In this document: positions 1-12,168 of the stretch, one piece after another
Layout of the letters: the number at the start of each line of letters is the position of its first letter
Position numbering within the stretch: position 1 is the first letter of the stretch
NCBI GenBank assembly: GCA_001179505.1
Contig: CDMY01000488.1
Span: 297,652-361,651, forward strand
Reading direction: 5' to 3'
DNA: 64,000 nt
Source: Vitrella brassicaformis CCMP3155
Lineage: Eukaryota > Protista > Chromerida
Made by a program: the position numbers and the translations under genes
Notes under the pieces: generated by a model
What the model saw: only the letters and a program-made list of their open reading frames with translations
Databases searched by the model: none
What the model was told of the DNA's origin: nothing

Positions 1-31
1 ACTCACTTCGTGGTCGTTGTGGAGTGGGCAG

Positions 32-734
32 GGTGAGCGGTTTGTGGGTGCGGTCGACAAGGCCAAAGGCGAGCTGCACGATAAGCTCAGTGACGTGCTC
101 GACGGTACGCGACTGACAGCGGCAGACAGCTGCGGACGCTCCTCTTCTGATGTGCAGACGCATGTGTGTGTGTGTGTGTGTGTGTGCGTATGCAGGTGTG
201 CTGTCTCGCGTCGATGTGCTGCTTGATGGCCTGAACTGCAGTAAGACACCCAACACACACACACACACACACTGACACACACGTGTGTCTGTTGCCATAT
301 ACCCCATGTGCGGTGTGTGCAGAGGTCATGTACCGCGGAGCCCAGACCGTGTCCGACCGGCTGTGCGAGAGAATAGTCCCCAACACGGTGCGTGAGGCAG
401 ACACAGGCGCACATGCCGGCCGGGCATCTGCATGAACAGGTTCCATGCATCTCCCTGCTGTGCAGGTGTTGGTGGCTCTGTCGTGGGTCGCCCTCGGCGC
501 ATTGGCATTCATCTCGGCTGCACTCTTCTTCACCGTATGTGAAACACAACCACCCACGCGACTCGTGCAGTGCACATCAGCACTCTATCGCCCCCTCCGT
601 GTGTTGCGTGTGGTTTCTGACTGACACGTGTGTGGTGTGTGCAGCTGTGGTTGAACCTGCGGCGTGCTGCCGACTGCTGCCCCCTGCAGGAGACCGATGC
701 AGGAGAGGAACAAAGCGTCACGAGCGAAGCGTAG
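32..734 (+). CDS. 3' part of a spliced membrane protein gene (5' end lies before the window), unknown function
   Basis: Five exons joined by GT-AG introns in consistent phase (starts about 32, 196, 323, 467, 646): GERFVGAVDKAKGELHDKLSDVLD/GVLSRVDVLLDGLNC/KVMYRGAQTVSDRLCERIVPNT/VLVALSWVALGALAFISAALFFT (TM-like)/LWLNLRRAADCCPLQETDAGEEQSVTSEA*; TAG at 732-734. Confidence 0.7.
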
Positions 735-1377
735 ACAAGGCTTGACACACTCTGCCTGCCAGGCAGACAGACAGATGCCGGCCGACTGGGGGGGTGGGTG
801 GCTGCTGACTGATTGATCTGTGTAACTGTGTAAGTAAGTATTCGTCCCCACAGAGAGTGAATGTACTGTAGTCTGTCATCACCTGTATAGCGGTGGGGAG
901 CAAGCAACGTGTTTTTGAACGCATGGACGCACTGGCCGGCTGCAGTCAGTGGGGGACAGACCAGACCAGACCAGGGGAGGGATGGGATGGGACGGGATGG
1001 GGGCGGGTGTGGTGTCGATACGTGCGTGCCGTGTGTGCGTCATGCATCGAGTCATTGGTTTGGTCCTTTTTTGTACAGCGGGGATGGATGGATGGATGGA
1101 TGTGGTTGAGTGAATTTGTCGCTGGGTGGACGAGTGAGTTACTATCGCTGTCGCTCGCATTATTAATGATGATCGCGTTCATTTGTTAGTCAGCCGGGGC
1201 CAGAGGGGCAGACAGACAGACAGACAGACATGCAGACGTATTGACGCGCGTGCCCGCGTGTGTGTGCGTGTGTGTTTGGTTGAGCTGACGATCTTATGGC
1301 TTCCTGTCGTGGTTCTGGGCACCGAACTTACGGGCATCCGTGTGGGTGCATGTCTCGACTTGCGGACGGACTGACCG

Positions 1378-4186
1378 ATTGACAAAAAATAGTCACTGAG
1401 TTGGTCTGAACGCCTGGCCTCATCCCATGCACCGAAGTCCATGGCCCTTTGGGCACATGGGCACCGCACCCGGCCGGACACTCACTCCTCACTCACACAA
1501 ACAAGAAGCCCTGACTTAGCGAGGCATGGCTTAAGGAACTTCGACTTAATGCACAATGCACCGCACACACCACCAACAATACACAGCAGACTGTGGGAGG
1601 GAGGGAGGGAGGGGGGCACCGAAAAATGGCACAATCACAGCATGTTGGTATGTCACAATTAAGGCCTTGAATACTTCTTGGCTCGACTCGTCGCTGGTAG
1701 ACTTGGCACGGAAAATTGTCCTGGAGAGGGAGACATGACGGACACAGCCATTCGCTTGCCCGGTGCGTCGCCTGTCCGTTACCTCCCGAATTTCTCCGGA
1801 TGTATTGGCCTTCATCCTTCTCCCGCCGTGGTGGACGGGGCCACGGACTCCTGGATCGATGCCGCCGACGACGTGGCAGGCAGTGTGGTGGGCGGCCCCT
1901 GTGGTGTGGGGCTTTCCGGTTGACCAGTGGTAGTGGCTGCCTGTGGCTGGGGGCCTTCTGACTCGGGCTGCTCCTCGGTGGTGGCGTCGACCGACGACCC
2001 GGCCGCCGCTTCCGATGCACTGCTGGCGGATGGGCCGCCCTGCCCTTGGCCCTGGTCGTCGGCGCCGTTGCCGCCTGCGGGGTGCAGGTGCAGCGACGCT
2101 GGCATCCTGCTCAGGCCGTATCACTGAGTGAGACACACCATAGACAGCAGCACAGAGGAAGACTTCCTTGAGGGCGGCTGTAAGGGCCGACTTGGCTTAC
2201 CAGCTCTGGGTAGGGTGGTCTTGATCTGAATGGCGTTGAATCTGCGTCTCATGTCGGTGGGATGGTCGGGGTCCTGACAGACAGACACAGACAGACAGAG
2301 ACAGAAAGCGGCATCCTTGCCACACCTGTCCGTCAGGTGTGGCTCACTCACTGACCGGTTGGATTGGGTACACCGGATGAAGGCGGGGTCTATCTCCTCC
2401 ATGAACGAAGAATTTGAAATCATACTCGGCGATGCGACGAGGCACCGCATGCACGAAGCACCTGCATGAACGACAGACAGACAGACAGACAGACAGAGTG
2501 CACTGTCTATGTGTTTGCTCTCTGTGTTGTGGTTGCCTACTTTCGGCTGCGGCACCATTTCATCCTCACTGGGTCTTGCCACGGCGTGGCGGACCGTCTT
2601 GCGTCAACCTCCTCCGGTGTGTCTCTTCCCCCATATTTTGGTCCCCCATCATTTTCAACGATCCTCACGCTGATGTCGACGGTCTTCCCGTCCTGGTCCC
2701 ACACAAACACGACCTTGTCCTTCTCTTTCTTCCCTAGCTCCCGAGCAATACGCGCCCGCCACAATCGCTGGATGTCGGTGGCCCCAATGTCGCGAGACTT
2801 CATGATCCCTATAATCTGCCACCATCGGTCCACGGCAGCCACAAACAGGTGAGGCGGTGCCATCGACGTCTGTGTGTGTGTGTGTCGGGTGCTGGCTGAC
2901 TGACCATGATTTCTTTTTCCAGCCATCTCATGGTCAGGACGCGACGCCGGCAGGCTTGGATGTGTGTCTGCGGGTGGGAAAAGGTCAACAAGGGTTCCTT
3001 CATGTGTGTGTGGACGAGCCAGGCCCAGCCGCCACCCGCTCACCGCCTTGTCGTATCTCCGTTTCTGGATATTCTTGAGCTCCCTTTCGGATTTCGCCAC
3101 TTATCGCCCTTTGAAACCTTCATTTCACAGACAGACAGACAGACGTGGCGGTGCGGTCTCGGCTGTCTGTCTGACTGACCTCTGTAGAGGCTCTGTATCT
3201 TGAGTGCCTTTGGCGTCACGGCAGCCTCATAGGCGAGACGGGCTTTCCGGTAGCGGCGGACGCTGCGGCTGAACAAGCCCCTGGCGCAACGCTGAATTGT
3301 GACCTGCACGGACCACCCAACAAACACAGCAAACACACGGCCGCCCCCTTGACGTGTGTGAAGAGCCACTCGTCCCGTCCCGTCTCCCTCCACTACTCAC
3401 CGCAGCTAAGTCCATCACCACCGCCCTCATGAGGCGGGATTTGCGGCCAACACGCGGCCCCGTGGTGGCTGACGCGGCTGCTGCTGCTGCTGTGGTTGTG
3501 GTTGTGGTAGTGGCGGTTGTTGATGCCGTGCGCTCTGAGCCTGGGGATCGGCCGTCGGAAGGGTCGGAGTGGCCGACATGCTCCTGGTCGGAGTGGCCGA
3601 CCTGGTCACTGTCAAGGGGATGGGCCAGCCCCCGTAGGGAGCCCCTGCATGAGGAAGCACCGACAGATGGGCGGAGACACAGACCAAGGGAGACAGAGGC
3701 AGATGGATTGATGGGTACTTCGGTGGCCGCCTCTTTCTGTCAGACCTGACGAAGTGTTTCAGGCAGTCCACAAACGCCGGAATGTCCTCCGGCGGAACCT
3801 GCAGCCGAAAGGCCTGCGAGACACAACACACACACATGCAGTATGTCGGTGCGGTCGGGTATGGCGCGTCATGGACCCCCCTCCCAAGGAAGGGCTGCTC
3901 AGCTCACGGTGGTGGCCGTCGCAGTGCTGCCTACTTCCACCCTGACACCATCACAAGGGCACAAGGAAACAACGAAATGCCTCACGCACTCTCCCACCGC
4001 CCAGGCATACCACCCCCTCTTCCCTCCCTCCAAGCCCAAAAATCAGTTTGTACGCCCCTCCCCCCTCTCTGCCCCACTCGTCCCTCTGCCTGTTGTGTGT
4101 GTGGCCACCCACTTGATGTAGGAGGAGCCAAAACGCGCCGACTCCTGCAGCCGCTCCGGGCTGTCCTCAACTTCGACCCCACTCAT
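1378..4186 (-). pseudogene. Multi-exon IQ-motif + AMPK-beta-type CBM48-like protein, disrupted by premature stops
   Basis: ATG 4186 (MSGVEVEDSPERLQ). IQ-like exons VTIQRCARGLFSR, LKIQSLYRG, THIQACRRRV, TDIQRLWRARIAR. CBM48-like VVFVWDQDGKTVDIS...PWQDPVRMKW...YDFKFFVHG...DPDHPTD. In-frame TAA at 3101-3103 where the paralog has CAA, and a probable second stop at about 1812. The 3' end is uncertain. Confidence 0.65.
2835..3431 (-). repeat. Segmental duplication, copy 1 (IQ-motif exons plus introns); copy 2 at 7070-7671
   Basis: Exons and introns align directly, e.g. cttgagtgcctttggcgtcacggcagcctcataggcgaga and gaacaagcccctggcgcaacgctgaattgtgacctgcacggaccacccaacaaac occur in both copies. Confidence 0.95.
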
Positions 4187-4347
4187 TGACTCACTCAGAG
4201 TGGGGAGGTACTGATTGCTTGAAGGCGTAGAAACAACTTGAAGGCAGCGAACAATAGAATCTCGAGCTTGCGAGCTGGAGGGGGCGAGGTGGGGGCTCCC
4301 GTCTCGAGCCTGAGGTCCCTTCGCAGAAAGAGGTCACATGGAGGCAG

Positions 4348-4700
4348 ACGGATGAGCTGCGGGACGCCTGGGGCTTCGACGGCTTCGTTGTGAGCGACTG
4401 TGACGCCATCAATGACATGAATGGCAGTCACCGCTTTGTCAATGCGGTCTCTATGAAGGCTGATGAGTGGTGGGAAGGGCAAGGGGGAGAGGGTGACAGT
4501 GAGTGGATGTGTGTGTGTGTCTCCATGCATCTACAGGCTGAGCGCCGCGTTGGGCACTGGATGGGCGACACTGCATGCCGGCACGCCATTGCAGCCCTGC
4601 CGTCGCCGAGCAACCAAGTGGCATTATTGATTCATTCTACCTTGTTATGTATAGCTATAGACCGACCCGAGTTGAAGCTTGGTGTTTGTGTGACATCTCA
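4348..4700 (+). pseudogene. Orphan fragment of a glycoside hydrolase family 3 (beta-glucosidase/xylosidase) gene
   Basis: 4348-4446 encodes TDELRDAWGFDGFVVSDCDAINDMNGSHRF, the GH3 nucleophile motif (WGFxGxVVSD). Later exon-like pieces (LSAALGTG..., AIDRPELKLG) only weakly fit GH3. No N-terminal exons were found; there are in-frame stops at 4228 and 4255. Confidence 0.6.
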
Positions 4701-5543
4701 GCACACAGAGGCAACGGGCCGCCACACGCACAAACAACTGTCTGTAAGTGAGGCGCATCGTCCTCGGAAAAACCCTACTCACTGCCACTAAGAACTCGGG
4801 CTGTGCCATTGGTCAGTCTGTCTGTCGGGCTATCGGCCACCCGTCCGTTGGCTACTCATCATGACACAGTCGATTGGTATACACATGACGTCATACGGAT
4901 GAAGGAGAGGAAGAGATATACATATATACAGGTCAATGCACGTGTGGACGTGCTCGTACTGGACGGATGTGATGAGAGAGAGGAGACATCCATCCAGCCA
5001 CTCGCCCACCCAACACACACACTCAAACAGACAGACATAGACAGACAGACAGACAGACAGACCCATGGCAGCCAGCAGAGAAGGGGTAAAGCAGTGAGCA
5101 GCGAAGAGAATGGTCACCACGACCCACACAGACCACCCATGGACTCCGTGTGCATCGAACAGCCAGGCAGCCAAGCAGCCAGGCAGCCAGTCAGGCAGGC
5201 AGGCAGGCAGATACCACCGCCACCGTCCAAACCCGACAGACACAGAGAACACGGCCAGGGACATTGTGGTAAAGCCATTGCTCTCTCCCCTCTCCCTCTC
5301 AATGTGCACTCACTGGCGAAGCCAAATGAACACACTTCATCCATTCATCTGCACAAGCAGCTCATGGCCATCCATCCATGACTCCACGTGCCATCGCAGT
5401 CCACGGACACCACAAACGCAAAACAGAATGGCAGTCAGCCAGCCACTGTTTGTCTGGAGAATGAGTAGCGAATTGATAGGCAGACTCGCCGTGTGAGCCA
5501 TTGAGATGTCTATGCAGTGCGGCCACCAGCAGTTCCTCCGCTA

Positions 5544-7817
5544 TCACCTTACCTGACACACACGTCGACAGCCACAAGTCGGAGGGACAGACAGACAGAC
5601 AGACAGACACCATTGCGTACGTCTTGTCGGCACCGCCCGCTTGTGTCGGGAGTGGTTGATGCATACCTCGGCAGGAATGTCGGTTGACCTGCCGGTGTCT
5701 TGTCGAAGAGCTCCGCTGCGATGACTGGCCCCAGCACCAAACGCGCCAGCTGAGCGGTCTCTCGGAAGCGGTTCTGAAAGGTCCAGATCGGACCAATCAA
5801 CGGATCCCGATCCGGCTCGGTCGTCTCAGCTAAAACCTGCACTGCAGACGAATGACAGGACGGCACAGCAGATGAGTGTAAGTATTGCACCCTCTCTTGG
5901 TGAGCTGCGCTGTGCTGCGCTGACCGTAGGTGCCGATCCGTGATATCCGAAGCCAGGCGACGAATGGGTGGCTGGCGTCTGTCAGGACGAGACGACGCTC
6001 AAATATGCCGGTGGTAGGGCTGCAGAATGATGCGGTTGTACTGCAGCCCTCGACTGGTGTGTGGGGGGACTGCGACAGGATGGTGTTCAACAGCTGGTTC
6101 TCGTCCACACCCCTGCATGACCGATGAACAACACACCGATGTACTCACTCGGTTGTCGCAACGATGCCCACCCAGAGGGATGCCCGCCTTACCTTCCCAG
6201 CAGATGGAAAGTGAGAGTCGTCAAAGCCGATTGGGTCGACTTGAAATAGTCGAGGATCTTGTTCTTGACCAGCGACGACGCAGACGAGTAGTCACGAGGA
6301 AGATGCGACCGCCAGCCATGAGCGCCGTACACGATTGGGCTCCGGGTGGGTGGGTCGTGGTCCTGCCGATGCTGCTCGTAGAGGTGGTCGGGAGGGAGGG
6401 TCGGTTTGGTCGTCAGCTCGAAGCCATCCTGGTCCCGGATGGCCCGCACTGTGTGGCCGCGGTGGAACAACTGGAAGCTGATGTCGTTGCCGAAGTTGAT
6501 GTGGCGGCCGACCACCGTGAGCTGAGCCAACACACGCGGGAGGGCCAAATACACCTGCACACACAACACACGACCACGGCACACACACGGGGATTGCCAT
6601 TCATTCCTCCCTCCCTCCCTGGTCGGCTTACGCCTTTGTTTGGGAATTGGTGCAGGTCGGCCGAAGTGATCCTCACAGGCAGCTGGCAGATGCCACACTG
6701 CGCCGCCAGCGCAATCACCTCGCCCGTCTCCTCCCGCACGGCCGCCTCGGCCTCCGCCTCCGTCACACACACGGCGGCCAGCAGGCCACCCTCATCTATC
6801 TGGTCGTCGAATGTCAGCAGCTCCACCACATTCCCATTGACCGTCCGTCGCGGCAAGGGCTTTGTGCTGAGTGTGTGTCTGAGCCGCAGCCGCAGCTCAT
6901 CCACGCCGAAGAAGTCCCTCACCCAGCGGCAGGTTGCTCTGAGCTGCAGTATGTCCTCGGCCTGCAGCAGGAATGCGCTGCGCCGGCTGGCCGGGGAGGC
7001 TGCGGGCGGGACGCAAAGGTACCACAGGGAATGCCACAGCTGCTGCTGCTCCTGAGCAAGGCGTCAACGCAGCCACAAACAGAAGAGGGGGTGCCATCGA
7101 CGTCTGTGTGTGTCGTGTGCTGGCTGACCGACCCGGAAACGTTTCAGCCATCTCATGGCTAGGTAGCGACGGCAGCAGGATTGGATGTGTGTCTACGGGT
7201 GGGAAAAGGTCAACAAGGGGGTTGCTTCATGTGTGTGTGGACGAGCCAGGCCCAGCCGCTACCCGCTCACCGCCTTGTCGCATCTCCGTTTCTGTATGTC
7301 CTTGAGCTCCCTTTCGGATTTTGCCACTTGTCGCCCTTTGTAACCTTCATTTCACAGACAGACAGACAGACACAGACGTGGCGGTGCGGTCTCGGCTGTC
7401 TGTCTGACTGACCTCTGTAGAAGCTCTGTATCTTGAGTGCCTTTGGCGTCACGGCAGCCTCATAGGCGAGAAGGTCCTTCCGGTAGCGCTTTATTCTGCG
7501 GCTGAACAAGCCCCTGGCGCAACGCTGAATTGTGACCTGCACGGACCACCCAACAAACAAACACAGCAAACACACGGCCGCCCCCTTGACGTGTGTGAAG
7601 AGCCACTCGTCACGCCCCATCTCCCTCCACTGCTCACCGCAGCCAGGTCCCTGTCCATCACCGCCGTCATGCAGATCTGCCGAGAGCGGCAGATGGGCGA
7701 GATAGGAGGCGGCGGATGGCCTGACCGGAGAAGACGCGCTGTTGCTTGGTGTTGCTCGTCTGCTTGACAGGTGCGATGACCACCTGACACCTCAGGGGGT
7801 CGAGTCTGAGCTCGCAT
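5544..7817 (-). CDS. IQ-motif N-terminus fused to an uncharacterised C-terminal domain (probably a lineage-expanded family)
   Basis: ATG 7817 (MRAQTRPPEV). IQ exons are intact (GYKGRQVAK). They are followed by EQQQLWHSLW...LRATCRWVRDFFGVDELRLRL...LAQLTVVGRHINFG...SQSPHTPVEGC...LTDASHPFVAW...FQNRFRETAQLARLVLG, joined by canonical introns. The last exon and stop are tentative. Confidence 0.7.
7070..7671 (-). repeat. Segmental duplication, copy 2 of the IQ-exon module
   Basis: Aligns with 2835-3431 across both exons and introns. Confidence 0.95.
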
Positions 7818-7895
7818 GGCAGAAGGGGAGAAAAGAGATGAGCAAAGGCGGCAGCCCTCTCCAGGCAAGCCAAAGCACACAATAAAAAGCACAAT

Positions 7896-8301
7896 ATGTC
7901 GTTCTCTCACGACGCCTCATGCCTTATCGGTGTGCAGGACCGTGGCCGCCTCTCTTCGTTTGCTCGGTCGTCGAACAGCAACTCGGGCGAGGCCGACAAC
8001 GATGACGCCAAGTCCCTCTCGACCGAATCAATGCCTTCACTTGGTGAGCGATTCATCATCCCATGCATGTGCCATGATGATCACGCCCTCGTGCCATGTG
8101 TCCATGAGTAGTGGAGGACAACGAGCCCATCATGAGCCCGGCGTCCCTGTTTTGTTGGCGACGAGACGAGCCCAATCCGCAGGACGATCAGTCATCGCCT
8201 GAAGTCGACTCTCTCGGCTTCCACTACACCTTCCCCTCACTCATCAGCCGTGAGCCACGCGCAACACAACACCTGTACACGCATGGCGGCAGGGGACGTC
8301 A

Positions 8302-8332
<31 letters not shown>

Positions 8333-9824
8333 GTGTCTGGTGTCAGTGATGCACACGAGCTACTATGGCGGTCTCGCGTCGAGTGCGTCGGGTGCTGGGC
8401 CTGCTGCTGCACCTCCTGCCGCCGCTGCAGCTGCAGCTGCAGCTAATCCTGGTGTGGCGAGTGGCTCTGATGGCGAGGACAACAAGTCCGACTCGGACGA
8501 CGATGTGTGAGTTGAGAGAGGAGGAGGGAGGGAGGGAGGGAGGGAGGGAGGAGTGGGGCAATGGTGTGGCGTTTGTCTGCGTGTATGGATGCAGCCCTGA
8601 GTTGGAGACCATCACTGACGAGTTGGATAACGAGGAGTGGGCACCGCAGCAGCCGGGTGACGATAGTGACGATAGCGGAGAGGACGACCACGGTCACGAC
8701 GATGACCATGACGACCGCCAGGACGGTACGCCCAAACACAGAGAAGGAGTCAGTCGATGGTGGCTGAATGCATGCCTCTGTGTGTCTGCGTCTCTCGTCT
8801 CAGCTGACGATGGCTCCTCTGATATCGAGAAGTCGACAGTCGAAGAGGTGTCCACCGGTCAGCGTGAGAGCTCCCTTGGCGGTCAACTTAGTGGCGTCAG
8901 TGGCGGGAGCGTTGGCAGTGTGGATGTGGTGGGCGGGCAGTCGCCGGGGTCCAGCGGTGCTGGTGTTAGTGTTGGTGGTGTTGGTGAGAAGTCTTTGGCC
9001 ATTGTGCCGAGCCGCGCGTCGGCCGCTCGCGACACCCCTGCCTGGGCCCCGTGCCCGACATACACGAGTCAGTTCCCCAGCCTGCCGTCGGTTCTGTCGA
9101 GGTCCGCATGCACACGGGCAGAACGATGCACGCGCTCACATGAGGACTGTTGTGTCTGTTTGTATGTGTCAGTTTCAACAATCGTCCTCGCGTGTTGGGT
9201 CCCTCCATAGACGGAAGGCGTGGCCTGGGCAGACGTAAGAGGCACAAAGGCCAAGGGAGGGAGGGAGGGAGGGAGGGAAGCCGACAACGCCCCTGATGCG
9301 GGAGGCCACTCGGCTGCTGTGTGTGGTGTGGCGTGATCGGTCAGGCTTCCCTTTGAGCATCACTGACGGCGGTGGTCCGTCCCTTCCCACCCCTAGCAGG
9401 CCGTCTGCCATCGCACCTGCACCTAGCCGTAGACCCGTAAGCAGCAGCCACACATACACGCATGGCAGACCACAACACGCCCTCCTGCATGCCCCTGTCA
9501 CCATCAGGTTGTGACACCGAGTCCGCGTATCGAGGATGTCGAGGATGAGCAGGATTCAGACGACGACATGCCGTCGTTGGTGTCGGACGACGAGCCCATC
9601 ACGGCCTACACCGCACCGAGGTACTCCAGGTACTACAGCCACGCCAATCCGCAGGAGGGAACCGACCGGCTGATGGGCCTTCCCGTACACGTGAGTACAA
9701 TAAATAGTAGACCACACACTGACTCTGCTATCCCATTCGTTCGTTCGTTCGTTCGTCCTTGTGTGTGTGTGTGTGGATGGGTCCAATGCAGGTGTTCTTC
9801 TTCCCGCCGTGGGCCGAGCTCTAA
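7896..9824 (+). CDS. Multi-exon acidic, low-complexity (D/E/S/G/A-rich) hypothetical protein
   Basis: Exon-like segments flanked by GT/AG and microsatellite introns (GEDNKSDSDDD, ELETITDELDNEEW, RIEDVEDEQDSDDDMPSLVSDD). Terminal exon VFFFPPWAEL* with TAA at 9822-9824. Start is uncertain. Confidence 0.5.
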
Positions 9825-9903
9825 ACAGAACGATAGATAGTCGACAGACGGACCGGCAGACGCGTGGTGCTTCCCTGTGTGTGTTGGGGGGGGGGGGGGG
9901 GGG

Positions 9904-10203
9904 NNNNNNNNNNNNNNNNNNNNNNNNNNNNNNNNNNNNNNNNNNNNNNNNNNNNNNNNNNNNNNNNNNNNNNNNNNNNNNNNNNNNNNNNNNNNNNNNN
10001 NNNNNNNNNNNNNNNNNNNNNNNNNNNNNNNNNNNNNNNNNNNNNNNNNNNNNNNNNNNNNNNNNNNNNNNNNNNNNNNNNNNNNNNNNNNNNNNNNNNN
10101 NNNNNNNNNNNNNNNNNNNNNNNNNNNNNNNNNNNNNNNNNNNNNNNNNNNNNNNNNNNNNNNNNNNNNNNNNNNNNNNNNNNNNNNNNNNNNNNNNNNN
10201 NNN
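9904..10203. other. Assembly gap (300 N)
   Basis: Run of N preceded by a poly-G tract. Confidence 1.
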
Positions 10204-11013
10204 GGGGATGTGTGTGTCTTGAGACATGCACGCACACATCCACACGCGCGTGTAGTGTAGGAGGTGGTTGTTAGCCTACATGTGGCTGCCAAGCCAGGGG
10301 AGAGGGAATGGATGGGGGGAGTGGGATGCCTAAAGGGTAGAGGGCTGACAGGCCCCGCCCCGCCCCGCCTTGCCTGTCTGCGTACGCTTTTGCAGATCGC
10401 TTTGCCTTGCCTAATGAAATGCCCGTGAGGGCATTTTGCACGCTCGTGACTGACTGGATGTGGGCGCAGCGCTTGATGGCTGGGTCGATGGATGGTTGCT
10501 CGCAGTGATGTGAGGCGAAGTGAAGCACGGCGGAGTGAGCCCGAAAAACACCCGGTTGAGTGCTATGTAGATCTATCCTGGGGGGCGGGTTGCTGCTTAA
10601 TCTGTCTCAGGATGGATGGATGGATGAGCGAATGCGTGATATAATGACTTGGTGACGTCTGCTTGCCCGTGATGCGCAGCCAGCCGATCGATACAGTCAG
10701 TCAGTCAGTGCCTAGCGAGACTTCTATCGCAGTGAGCACAATGAATTAGAGTCTGACCGAGGCACTCGCTCACACAATCCATTCGACGGCACCTCAAAAG
10801 CAACCAGACCGCCTCACGTGTGTGCAGCCACGGACAAGGCGAGTGGGTCTTTGTGAGATGAGTGTATGTGTGTGCGGGTTCACTGGCTGTCGATCGAAAA
10901 GAGACACGCAGGCGTGGATAGTGAAGTCCGTCCATCGCTCGCAACTCAGTCTGTCGTCTTTGTACATGGCTATGTCTAAAGCTGCCGTGGCGTCACCCTT
11001 GCACCTCTCTCAG

Positions 11014-12130
11014 TCAGCCCGACTTCACCTGAGGAGCACACACACAGCCATCCATCCATCCATCCGTCCGTCTATCATCCTGGTTGGGTTCTGTCTGATG
11101 CTCGCCCACACCATTCACGCCAGCCACCAACACACCCACCTGGTAGATAGCGATCTCCTTTGCGGTGAAGTGCCAGGCCGCCGCCAGTGTGCCCTGGTTC
11201 TCGTGGTTGAATTGGCCCAGGTAGCCGTTGTCGGGCAGGTCCGCCTCCTCCACAAAATGGCAGCAGCGCCGAATGTCATGTGACGGACGGGGAGTGCCGA
11301 AACAGAGCCACAAATACCCACGGCCCAAAGTCAGCTGCACACATGAGATGGCAGCCAGTCAATTAGTCAGTCTCATTGCAATGACACCAATTGTGTATAC
11401 CCGCCACCCACCTTGCCGCGGTAGTCCATATTGGTGGCCTTGAGGGAGCCGTCACGGCCGGCGACCTCCACCCACTGCCGGTGCTTGGGGAGGGGCACCT
11501 TGGTGGGCTGGCCATATGCACCGCTGATGGAAATGAAGAAGGTCGGCGCGGGATAGTAGTTGGCCCGGGTGGGGTCGGCGGGCGACTTGAGTTGGTCCCC
11601 GACGAATGCTCCAAATCGGTGTGTGTCGTTGTGGTTGACGAGGAAGAGCAGACCGCTCGCGTCGCCCACCTTGTCGAGCAGCGTGCCGAAGTCACCACCG
11701 TCACGCGTCGAACTGACAGGAAGGGAAAAGCAAGACGTCATATCCTGGAGAGTCGCAACAGATCAGCTGCTCTGCTCACCTGTAGAGGAGTGTGGGTGTT
11801 GGGTTGGGTATGTCTATCATGGCCAGCACCTCCCGCGTCTCGTCAGTGTTGAGCATGGGTGAGAGAGGCCGCTGAAGATCCTCCATCTTGAGGCCATACA
11901 TCTCTACATCTTTCTGTGCACACACACACACGCAGACAGACACACAGTGCACATGGCGGTTTGCACCCGTGCTCAAGGGACCTTCAACTGAGCGAGGTGC
12001 TTGGGCTTGGCCGTGGGCTTCTTGACCACACGACCCGACCGGGTCTCGAATCGCTGTCTACGGGCAAAATCCACCACCTTCACCACAGACAAAGGACATC
12101 GGAAAAGTGATACAGACGTGTCCTTTTCCC

Positions 12131-12168
<38 letters not shown>

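Noticed and set aside
820-1180. Minus-strand exon-like pieces (GQCVHAFKNTLLAPHRY; NAIIINNASDSDS)
   Set aside because: They could be tail exons of the IQ/CBM48 pseudogene, but no consistent splice path could be built.
3101-3103. Possible stop-codon reassignment or readthrough explaining in-frame TAA/TGA/TAG codons
   Set aside because: All three stop codons terminate intact genes in this window, and the in-frame stops occur only in loci with other lesions.
4195-4530. Minus-strand 111-aa ORF (DRIDKAVTAIHVIDG...)
   Set aside because: It is the antisense shadow of the GH3 motif on the plus strand.
9556-10292. ORFs spanning N runs (also at about 23.4, 50.1 and 53.4 kb)
   Set aside because: Artefacts of translating through assembly gaps.
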